Source of the DNA: Clostridiales bacterium UBA929
Lineage (GTDB): Bacteria; Bacillota; Clostridia; Oscillospirales; UBA929
Assembly (NCBI GenBank): GCA_002293625.1
Contig: DBDP01000124.1
Coordinates: forward strand, 1-39,324
Reading direction: 5' to 3'
Length of the DNA stretch: 39,324 bases
Shown here: positions 27,305 through 34,043 of the stretch, piece by piece
Numbering within the stretch: the first letter of the stretch is position 1
How the letters are laid out: every line of letters begins with the position of its first letter
Program-made: the position numbers and the translations under genes
Notes under the pieces: model-generated
Databases searched by the model: none
What the model saw: the letters and a program-made list of their open reading frames with translations, nothing else
What the model was told of the DNA's origin: nothing

Positions 27305-28231
27305 ATGGCGTGGATTGAAAGCCACCAAGAACTTTATCGACACCCAAAAGTCAAGCGTCTTGCGCGAGCGACCGGAGCGTCAGTCCCTGCGCTTATTGGA
27401 CATCTTCATCTACTTTGGTGGTGGGCTTTGGACTACGCGCAAACCGGGGAACTCACCGACTACACCTCCGAGGATATAGCCGATGCTGCGCTTTGGGAAG
27501 ATGATCCCGCGGCATTCACAGAAGCTGTAACCAATGCTGGATTCTTAGACCGCGATGATGGGCGAACCTATTTACATGATTGGAACGATTATGCCGGAAA
27601 GTTGCTGGAACGACGAGCGAGCGACAGGGAGCGAAAAAGAAAATCCGTTGGAGTTCCGACGGATTCCATCGGAGTTCCTGCGGATTCCGTTGGAGTTCCG
27701 AAAGATTCCATCGGAGTTCCTGCGGATTCCGTTGGAGTTCCGAAAGATTCCATCGTAACCGTACCTAACCTAACCGTACAGAACCGTACAGAACCAAACC
27801 AACAGAACCATACTACCCCCCAACCCCCCGCAAGCGTGGGTGACGCGCCGACGGCGCGAGTGGTGGTGTCGTCACTCGAACAGCGCTTTAACGAGTTTTG
27901 GGAGGCGTACCCCAAAAAGACAGCGAAGCAAACGGCATTGAGGGCATGGAAGAAAGCTGCCCCTTCGCCTGAGCTTCACGCGAGAATTTTAGCCGCCATT
28001 GAAGCCGCGAAGCTGACCGACAAATGGCGGCGTGACGGCGGGCAATATATCCCGAATCCCGCTACATGGCTCAACGGCGGCTGCTGGGACGATGAAATAT
28101 CAGGAGGTTTGACCAATGGAAACAAGAGTCAGGGCTTCAAGCCTAAGGAAATCACCTTTGACGATCTGCCCGGATTCCGCAACGCCCTCGACAAGTACGA
28201 TGACGAGGGGAACAGGATCCCCGACGGATAA
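27305..28231 (+). CDS. Putative phage replication initiator/replisome organizer with internal heptad repeats
   Basis: AAGGAGGA 8 nt upstream. The N terminus (WIESHQELYRHPKVKRLA...LHLLWWWALDYA) and C terminus (FNEFWEAYPKKTAKQTALRAWKKA...NPATWLNGGCWDDE) resemble phage organizer proteins. It precedes the DnaC-like loader. Confidence 0.6.
   Translation: MAWIESHQELYRHPKVKRLARATGASVPALIGHLHLLWWWALDYAQTGELTDYTSEDIADAALWEDDPAAFTEAVTNAGFLDRDDGRTYLHDWNDYAGKLLERRASDRERKRKSVGVPTDSIGVPADSVGVPKDSIGVPADSVGVPKDSIVTVPNLTVQNRTEPNQQNHTTPQPPASVGDAPTARVVVSSLEQRFNEFWEAYPKKTAKQTALRAWKKAAPSPELHARILAAIEAAKLTDKWRRDGGQYIPNPATWLNGGCWDDEISGGLTNGNKSQGFKPKEITFDDLPGFRNALDKYDDEGNRIPDG
27650..27754. repeat. Five tandem 21-bp repeats GGAGTTCCnnnnGATTCCnTn (iteron-like), the last 84 bp being an exact 42-bp duplication
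   Basis: Units at 27650, 27671, 27692, 27713 and 27734, read base by base. 27671-27712 is identical to 27713-27754. In frame they encode GVPxDS(I/V) heptads. Followed by AACCGTAC(AG) short repeats to about 27815. Confidence 0.9.
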
Positions 28232-29105
28232 CCTCGTTCTAAGCGGCGACCCGCGTTACGCCGGACTGCCTGACACACCGCCGCCTGTGACATGTGAGTT
28301 CTGCGGCGCGGAGCGGTACACCGAGGGCATTTTCATTTTGGGACATGTCATGTGGTACCCGAACGGCGTACGCCATTGTACTTGCCCGGAAGGTCTGGCA
28401 AAGCATAACCGTGAGCAAGCCGACTACGAAGCCAAGAAGGAAGCGGAGCGTGTTGCGGAGGAAGAACGCAAACAACGCGAACGGGTGCGCCGCGTCATCG
28501 GCAACAGCGGTATGGGCGAGCGGTTCCTACAACGAACGTTTGGAACATTCATCACCAACACGCCCGACAGGAAACGAATCAAAGCCTCCGCGCAAGATTA
28601 CGCCGAGAACTTCACTCAACAACTACCCAAACGCGGCGAACCCCTGCCCGGCCGAAATGGTTTTATCATCACCGGGACGAAGGGGACGGGTAAAACCCAT
28701 ATCGCGGCGGCTATCGCTAATTCCCTGCTCAATCGTGGTACTGCGGTCATCTGCATGACCGAGCGGGATTTGCTCGACAGGATACGGCGTACATATTCGC
28801 GTTACGAACAGGACGACGAAAGCGCGGTGCTGGAGGTCTACAAGACTGTCCCGTTGTTGATCGTTGACGACATTGGCAAGGAACGCCCGACGGAGTGGAC
28901 GCTTGCGACCATCTACTCCGTCATTGACGGACGGTATGAACGCGCGATGCCGACTATCGTCACGACGAACTACGGTGCTACCGACCTTGTAAAGCGGCTG
29001 ACCCCGATGAGCGGAGATGAAACCACCGCCGACGCGACCGTAGACCGGCTGATCGAGATGTGCGAGGGTATTGTGATGAGCGGCGAAAGCTGGCGGTCAC
29101 GATAG
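28116..29105 (+). CDS. DnaC/IstB-like AAA+ helicase loader with N-terminal Cys-rich segment
   Basis: Walker A GTKGTGKTH, Walker B LLIVDDIGKE, and TIVTTN. CEFCG...HCTCPEG is a putative zinc-binding segment. Start uncertain: ATG 28116 has GGAGG 8 nt upstream but overlaps the upstream gene by 116 nt. Alternatives are ATG 28200 and GTG 28287. Confidence 0.82.
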   Translation: METRVRASSLRKSPLTICPDSATPSTSTMTRGTGSPTDNLVLSGDPRYAGLPDTPPPVTCEFCGAERYTEGIFILGHVMWYPNGVRHCTCPEGLAKHNREQADYEAKKEAERVAEEERKQRERVRRVIGNSGMGERFLQRTFGTFITNTPDRKRIKASAQDYAENFTQQLPKRGEPLPGRNGFIITGTKGTGKTHIAAAIANSLLNRGTAVICMTERDLLDRIRRTYSRYEQDDESAVLEVYKTVPLLIVDDIGKERPTEWTLATIYSVIDGRYERAMPTIVTTNYGATDLVKRLTPMSGDETTADATVDRLIEMCEGIVMSGESWRSR

Positions 29106-29119
29106 GGAGGGCTGGTGTG

Positions 29120-29434
29120 ATGAACGAATCCCGCCTTGTGTACGACGTCATGCGCGAACTTGGCAAGCACGGCGCGGTCTACCGCTGCAACGCCGGATCG
29201 GTTCGCCTGCCGAGCGGGAAGACATTCCGGGGAATGCCGAAAGGGTTTTCCGACATCATGCTGGTTCTGCCCGGCGGACAAGCCTGTTTCGTCGAGACGA
29301 AGGTAAAGCCCAACAAACCCAGCGATGAGCAGATCGCTTTCATCGAGAAGATGCGGCGGCTTGGCTGCAACGCCGGTATCGCCTACAGCGTCGCCGACGC
29401 TCTGCAAATCTGCGGGATCAAGTGCGCCGGATGA
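29120..29434 (+). CDS. VRR-NUC domain nuclease
   Basis: GGGAGGG SD about 8 nt upstream. GFSDIMLVLPGGQACFVETKV (D...ExK) followed by SDEQIAFIEKMRRLG, matching the VRR-NUC layout. 104 aa. Confidence 0.78.
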   Translation: MNESRLVYDVMRELGKHGAVYRCNAGSVRLPSGKTFRGMPKGFSDIMLVLPGGQACFVETKVKPNKPSDEQIAFIEKMRRLGCNAGIAYSVADALQICGIKCAG

Positions 29435-29750
29435 GAGAGCGATACCCCCCATCCGAAAGTTTTTCACTTGTTGCGCCGCTTCTCTGCCGGTAGCAGTCCC
29501 TGCTTAGACAGAAAGACGCATTTTGCGGGGAACGCAAAAAAAACAGAGGATCATGCTATATCCGGCACACCGAAAACGAAGCAACGCCAAGAGTTTTCGC
29601 TTTCACTTACCGCAGAATCAAAAGCACCTCAAAAGTGCCTCAAACCACCCTCAAAGCGCGCTTATTCCCGCGTTGCGTGAGCGGCTATGAGAAAACCGCC
29701 CTCCCGGGCGGCTGACGCTGACACCATCAGTATATCGGGAGGGACAGCAT

Positions 29751-30482
29751 ATGTCAAACGAGGAATTGGCTGTACTGGCCAAGCAGGGCGACCGTGGAGC
29801 GACGGCGGCGTTATGGGAGCAGACATACCGGCTTATCTTTTCGCTGATGGGGAAATATTACCCCCTGTGCGCCAACTGCGGCATTGAGCCGGACGACCTC
29901 CGACAGGCCGGATACTTCGCGATGACCCGGGCGGTAAACGCCTACGACCCGGACAAGCCGTTTCTGTTCACAACCTACCTCGGCGCCCATGTGTCCAACG
30001 TGGCGCGGGAAACGCTGGGGTTCATCGGCCGGTCAGGACTGCCGCCGGTATGCCGCTCGCTGTCTGAACCACTCGACATGGAGGGTATTACGCTGGAGGA
30101 CACGATCACCGACCCGGACGCCGCAGCGCAGTTCGAGCGGGTTGAGGATGAAGCCTACAACGCCCAACTTCATGCCGCGCTGGAGGAATGCTTTGGCCGC
30201 CTCACACAGGAACAGGCTGACGTCTTGCGGGAACGGTTCTATCAGGGCAAAGCCGTGTCCGATATGGCGACAGAGCGCGGTGTGCCGCCTCACAGCATAC
30301 GCACGGCGGTTGGCAAGTCCCTGCGCCTCATGAACACGGGGCGCAATGCCGCACGGCTGAGAGGGTACCAAGAGGACATCATATCCCGCTCGCGCCGGTA
30401 TGGAGGATTTACGTCCTTCGCTTCGTCCGGGTATTCGTCCGTTGAATGGGCGGCGGAGCGGCTGATCGATGCCGCCGAATAG
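29751..30482 (+). CDS. Sigma-70-family RNA polymerase sigma factor (regions 2 and 4) with a C-terminal extension
   Basis: Region 2-like DDLRQAGYFAMTRAVNAYDPDKPFLFTTYLGAHVSNVARE and region 4-like LTQEQADVLRERFYQGKAVSDMATERGVPPHSIRTAVGKSLRLM. About 45 further residues follow. GGGAGGGA lies 6 nt upstream. Confidence 0.85.
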   Translation: MSNEELAVLAKQGDRGATAALWEQTYRLIFSLMGKYYPLCANCGIEPDDLRQAGYFAMTRAVNAYDPDKPFLFTTYLGAHVSNVARETLGFIGRSGLPPVCRSLSEPLDMEGITLEDTITDPDAAAQFERVEDEAYNAQLHAALEECFGRLTQEQADVLRERFYQGKAVSDMATERGVPPHSIRTAVGKSLRLMNTGRNAARLRGYQEDIISRSRRYGGFTSFASSGYSSVEWAAERLIDAAE

Positions 30483-30564
30483 CCCCCCTATGCCGGACGT
30501 TCAGTGTTGCTTGTTCCCGAACCACGTGCCATACCCGGCGCGTAAGAAATTCCCAAAATGAAGC

Positions 30565-30603
30565 AAAAACGAGCGGGACACCCGTAAAAAGGGTTCCCGC
30601 TCG
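30565..30603 (-). terminator. Rho-independent terminator of the RHH-PIN operon (may also stop the convergent sigma gene)
   Basis: 9-bp stem CGAGCGGGA/TCCCGCTCG (30570-30578 and 30595-30603) with an inner ACCC/GGGT extension. On the minus strand it is followed by TTTTTGCTTCATTTTGGG. Confidence 0.6.
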
Positions 30604-30640
30604 CGGGTTGGTAAATGGGGGTAATCCGCAAAGGATGAAC

Positions 30641-30847
30641 TTATGCCGGTAGATGCGTCGCACTGTTGGACGAGCGGCGGGCGGCTTCTATAAGCGCCTC
30701 AAATTCGTCTGCCCCTTTGTTAATATCAGCAATAACCTCTTGCCTGCTCATGCTTTTGCGCCGCTCATGATTCCATTCGCGGATTTTGTGAATGTCCTCG
30801 ATCGTGAATGCCGGGCTTATCTCCGGCTTTGGAATGTTAATCGTCAT
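30641..30847 (-). CDS. Small (68 aa) protein translationally overlapping the PIN gene; function unknown
   Basis: ATG 30847 lies 9 nt after GGGAG and overlaps the PIN stop by 11 nt. Hydrophilic and helical-looking (TIEDIHKIREWNHERRKSMSRQEVIADINKGADEFEALIEAARR). Confidence 0.5.
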   Translation of the reverse strand: MTINIPKPEISPAFTIEDIHKIREWNHERRKSMSRQEVIADINKGADEFEALIEAARRSSNSATHLPA

Positions 30848-31322
30848 CGTCTTCATCTCCCAAAAGCACAGACGGCGTAAAGATAAGCAAATCGTTACGA
30901 CCTTCCAGCGCGGTGATTGCCTTCACGCCCTGCATGGTATTGTAGTTTACAATATGCTTGAAGTTCCACGACACAATAGCGTCGCACCCGCTGGCAACAG
31001 CGGCGGCTATATGCTGGCAGTCCTCATAGCTTTTCTTCTTCAGTATGCCCAAGTCAACCATCCTATCCGCAATCCGAAGCATGTCGGCGTTGACGTCAAC
31101 CCGGTCAAACTGTATTTGCGTGAGGTATCCGGCCAGCGTGGCGCGTTTTTGGGGCGCACACTTGGAGAGTTCGTCAAAATCTACGTTGGACAGCACCACG
31201 TCAAAAGTCCCGGCTTTGACCCGCTCCCATAGCCTGCGCGTATCGGCTTGCTTCTCCGGCGTGTCTTGTTGGTCGAGATGACTGATAACCGACGTGTCGA
31301 GGTAGATTTTCAACCGTTTCAT
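30837..31322 (-). CDS. PIN-domain nuclease (VapC-like toxin candidate)
   Basis: MKRLKIYLDTSVISHL (first acidic residue), YEDCQHIAAAV and IVSWNFKHIV blocks are typical of a PIN subfamily. An acidic tail follows. ATGA overlap with the upstream RHH gene. Confidence 0.82.
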   Translation of the reverse strand: MKRLKIYLDTSVISHLDQQDTPEKQADTRRLWERVKAGTFDVVLSNVDFDELSKCAPQKRATLAGYLTQIQFDRVDVNADMLRIADRMVDLGILKKKSYEDCQHIAAAVASGCDAIVSWNFKHIVNYNTMQGVKAITALEGRNDLLIFTPSVLLGDEDDDD

Positions 31323-31558
31323 TGCGTCGCATCCTCCCCTTCGACCGAGACACCCTCTGTCGCGCCGCTGGTCGCCTCCTGTCGCGTTATCCGCTCATCA
31401 ATGGCTTTGGACACATATCCGTTCAAACTCTCGCCTACGGCGACGCTAGCTGCCTGTATGACCGCCTTGCGATCTTTGGGGACACGAACACGCAAATCTT
31501 CATATGCCTTGGCGTTATATTTTTCGTTAGCTCGACGCCTCGCTTCACTTATCGGCAC
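31319..31558 (-). CDS. Ribbon-helix-helix (Arc/CopG-like) antitoxin/repressor candidate
   Basis: GTG 31558 with GGAGGTGG 4 nt upstream. RRRANEKYNAKAYEDLRVRVPKDRKAVIQAA...SLNGYVSKAIDERI fits RHH antitoxins paired with PIN toxins. The upstream part of track ORF 31319..31846 is promoter DNA. Confidence 0.68.
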   Translation of the reverse strand: MPISEARRRANEKYNAKAYEDLRVRVPKDRKAVIQAASVAVGESLNGYVSKAIDERITRQEATSGATEGVSVEGEDATQ

Positions 31559-31577
31559 GAAACCACCTCCTATGGTG

Positions 31578-31606
31578 AGTATATCACAGTTATTGTACTG
31601 TGTCCA
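31578..31606 (-). promoter_or_regulatory. Promoter TGGACA-17 nt-(TGa)TATACT for the RHH-PIN operon
   Basis: Read on the minus strand. The -35 is at 31606-31601. The extended -10 TGATATACT ends at 31578. The SD and GTG follow within about 20 nt. Confidence 0.5.
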
Positions 31607-31665
31607 GTGTACAATTTGCACAATGCGCCCAGTACATTTTTGTGCAATATTTCTTTGGAAATCAC

Positions 31666-31694
31666 TTGACAATGTACTGGTTCCAGTGTATACT
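31666..31694 (+). promoter_or_regulatory. Near-consensus promoter TTGACA-17 nt-TATACT facing the right end of the island
   Basis: TTGACA at 31666-31671, an exact 17-nt spacer, and TATACT at 31689-31694. It overlaps the operator-like repeats ATGTACTGG and TCCAGTGTATACT. Confidence 0.55.
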
Positions 31695-31849
31695 ATAACC
31701 ATCAAGAGCAAGGGACGCCCCGCCCACTGGTTGACCAGTCCCGACCGGGATAGAAACCATAGCGACAAAGCCGTGATATGAGAGCCGACACAGGCGAACG
31801 CGACGCGGCGGAAGCGGCGGGGTTCCAAAAAACAAAGGAGACGCACATT

Positions 31850-32071
31850 ATGTCAGCAGCAGACCTAACCGACACCGCCCGCGAGTACCGCCAGCTCATG
31901 GCCGACATCAAGACCCTTACCGAACAGGCAGACGCGCTCAAACAGCGGATGATCCGCGAGCTGGACGCCCGGCAGACCGAGGAAATGACCGCCGGGGAGC
32001 ACACCATCCGCTGGAACCTCTACGAAAGCAGTCGCCTTGACAGCGCGAAGCTCAAAGCCGAGCATGCTTGA
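31850..32071 (+). CDS. 73-aa coiled-coil protein of unknown function
   Basis: AAAGGAG 9 nt upstream of ATG 31850. About 155 nt downstream of the 31666 promoter. Sequence: REYRQLMADIKTLTEQADALKQRMIRELDARQTEEMTAGEHTIRWNLYESSRLDSAKLKAEHA. Confidence 0.5.
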   Translation: MSAADLTDTAREYRQLMADIKTLTEQADALKQRMIRELDARQTEEMTAGEHTIRWNLYESSRLDSAKLKAEHA

Positions 32072-32140
32072 CCTACCATACTGTACATATTACCGCCGAG
32101 GACACGATTACCAACGAAAAATGATGGGAGTAATAGTCGC

Positions 32141-32539
32141 ATGAACTTAGCAACCAAACTATGGAGGGAAATCACAGTTGAGGCAATTGATAAGATCGGT
32201 ATATATAAACTTTGCCAGACAGAACACGCGCGGACAGACGACGATACCGCGCATGAACTGGCAAAGATGTTTGCCAGCACGTTGGATAAAGAACAAGAGG
32301 CGGCGTTTTGGAATATCTGCGACATCAATAACGGATTAGCCAGTGACGACCATAACCGGGGAGTTGCCGAAGGTTTTATCCTTGCCTGTGAACTGCAAAC
32401 GCTGATAAACGATCCCGCCGCTCTATATCATGCTTCCGAGGCGGGAGCACGGACTAATAATGAATGCTACATAGACGAAATCAACGAATTAACCGCTTAC
32501 CTCAAAGCGCGAGGCGTAGAGCCTGTAAGGGTACCCTAA
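32141..32539 (+). CDS. 132-aa hypothetical protein (att-proximal cargo/moron position)
   Basis: GGGAG 10 nt upstream. No family recognised. Visibly more AT-rich than the neighbouring island genes. Confidence 0.45.
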   Translation: MNLATKLWREITVEAIDKIGIYKLCQTEHARTDDDTAHELAKMFASTLDKEQEAAFWNICDINNGLASDDHNRGVAEGFILACELQTLINDPAALYHASEAGARTNNECYIDEINELTAYLKARGVEPVRVP

Positions 32540-32767
32540 AACAGGGTATCCCTATAACGCAATCAAAGGGTATGAGTCAGATTCACACCCTTCGACGGAA
32601 AGCAAACGTCCCGCTCGCGTACCACGTCATACCAAAAAGGTACTGTGACAGGAGCGCGTCACTGTCGGCGGGTTCGCTGACCCCAAAACACGCGCAGGCA
32701 GCGGGTAAAAAAACAGGGCGTTTCGCTTCGTTTTCGGAAGGTGACCGCTAGGTTATCGGGCGGCATT

Positions 32768-32810
32768 TTTGTTCAAGTTTTGTTCAAGTAAACCGCAAAT
32801 GTTCAAGTGA
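32768..32810. repeat. Right-arm copies of TTTGTTCAAGT (x2 tandem) plus a third TGTTCAAGTGA
   Basis: 32768-32789 is identical to 23830-23851. TGTTCAAGTGA at 32800-32810 matches 23843-23853. Confidence 0.75.
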
Positions 32811-32905
32811 TTTCGCAAACGGGCGCAAAAATCACAATCCATAAAACCTAGTATTACGAGCGGTTACAGACGGTGGCAAAAAGATGCAAAAAGAAAAATA
32901 TTGCT

Positions 32906-32953
32906 CTCATAACCCGGAGGTCAGAGGTTCAAATCCTCTCCCCGCAACCACAA
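32906..32953. repeat. Right copy of the 48-bp att core (displaced 3' part of tRNA-fMet)
   Basis: Identical to 23715-23762. It lacks the 5' 32 nt of the tRNA, so it is not a functional gene. Confidence 0.93.
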
Positions 32954-32954
32954 C

Positions 32955-32993
32955 CCCTTGAACCGCAACGGTTTGAGGGATTTCATTTATTTG
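32955..32993 (+). terminator. Hairpin CCCTTGAACCG-caa-CGGTTTGAGGG followed by ATTTCATTTATTTG
   Basis: 11-bp stem with two G-U pairs. It occupies the same position relative to the tRNA end as 23765-23801 and shares the CCGCAAnGG and AGGGATTT strings. Confidence 0.5.
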
Positions 32994-33090
32994 CAACCGT
33001 GGCGTTGCAAATCGGCCCGTAGAAGAATACGCCCTATACAGAATGGTAATATGCGAAAATACGAGACAACCAGTTCATGGAAGCATTTTC

Positions 33091-34029
33091 TTACCCGTGA
33101 GCGCCAACCGGCTCCGTTTGCAACCAAGTGGGCAATAGCACGTCTGAATACTTCAACCGATCCTTCGCTCCATTCAGCTTTTTTGCCTCTAAAATCTTCG
33201 AGGGGTCACAATAAGCGGCTACCTGTTCCACAGCTTTTCGCATCTCCTGCGGCATCGTGGTAACGTACCTCTCTGTCGTTGATACGGAAGCGTGTCCCAT
33301 GCGCAAGCCCGTGAACAACGCAAAGAGAATCGCCGTTCTCTGTGTCTCCCGCATGACTTCATGAAGAAATACAGACATCTCGTCGGGATCGAGTACCCGC
33401 ATCTTCGGCGTCGGGACATCCGGTCTTTGTGTTTTGAGCGTGGGATTGGACGGAAGCTGATACCTCTCAACAGCGTAGCTGAAAAAGTCCTTCAGGATCA
33501 TGTGGTGATTACACACTGTCTTGGCGGATAAAGCCCCGCTTTTGCCGTCCCTGCGTGAACCGTTCCGCTGCATCCTGTTGTAATACTCCTGTACCGTTTC
33601 TAGCGTGATCTGGTATAACGGCAAGGCTCCAAAGAACGGCTCGAAATGAACCTCATAGGTATTCAAGTACCCGGAGTAAGTAGTAGCCTTCTTGGTCGGC
33701 GGGGATTTGAACAGCTTTAGCCAATGCGGGAACGCTTCAGAGAAAAGGATTTCGGATACCTTTGGATGACCGAGCTTCTCCATCTCGTCGTAAAGCTCTC
33801 TTTCTCTGAGCTTCTCCGCCGCCATTACAGCTTCACGGCGTTCCTGTTCCTCCAAATAGGCGTCGCGCCGCTCAATGCAGGCGGCACGGGTTTTACCTTT
33901 GAAAGATTTTCGGTTCGGGGAACCGTCCGGTTTTCGGCCAAGCGTGATTTGGTGTACCCACGATTTGTCGGGCAGTTGGTAAAACGTGCCTTCGCCGTTC
34001 GCCCTCTTGTGTGATTTCTGCTTTGGCAT
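33091..34029 (-). pseudogene. Tyrosine integrase with an apparent in-frame internal deletion of most of the catalytic domain
   Basis: 312 aa with a good SD (AAGGAG). The sequence runs ...ILFALFTGLRMG directly into HASVSTTERYV. The Arg-I box is thus joined to the C-terminal GH...Y box, with no HxxR block in between. Confidence 0.6.
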
Positions 34030-34043
34030 AGTAAAACTCCTTA

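Noticed and set aside
26217-27347. 376-aa minus-strand ORF antisense to the YqaJ-RecT gene. Similar long antisense or alternate-frame ORFs occur at 671-1210, 7107-7694, 14160-14771, 20338-21225, 20758-21411 and 21575-22330.
   Set aside because: Their translations are Arg/Pro/Gly/Ala-rich and low in complexity, as expected for stop-poor shadow frames in GC-rich coding DNA. In each case the opposite or overlapping frame has strong family-level similarity and proper SD sequences or translational coupling.
27650-27754. Possible CRISPR array, because of the regular 21-bp repeats.
   Set aside because: The repeats are contiguous with no unique spacers. They are shorter than CRISPR repeats, lie in frame inside a coding gene, and no cas genes are present.
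29570-29590. CCGAAAACGAAGCAACGCC resembles the reverse complement of 32717-32738 (GGGCGTTTCGCTTCGTTTTCGG). This suggests a 3-kb inverted repeat flanking the sigma/TA module.
   Set aside because: The match is short, gapped and made of low-complexity CGAAA units. The flanking sequence does not align, so it is likely coincidence.
29468-29680. 70-aa ORF in the sigma leader, and the 95-aa ORF 32464..32751 in the attR-proximal spacer.
   Set aside because: Neither has an SD. Their composition is basic and low in complexity, and they overlap repeat and hairpin elements. Both were treated as non-coding.
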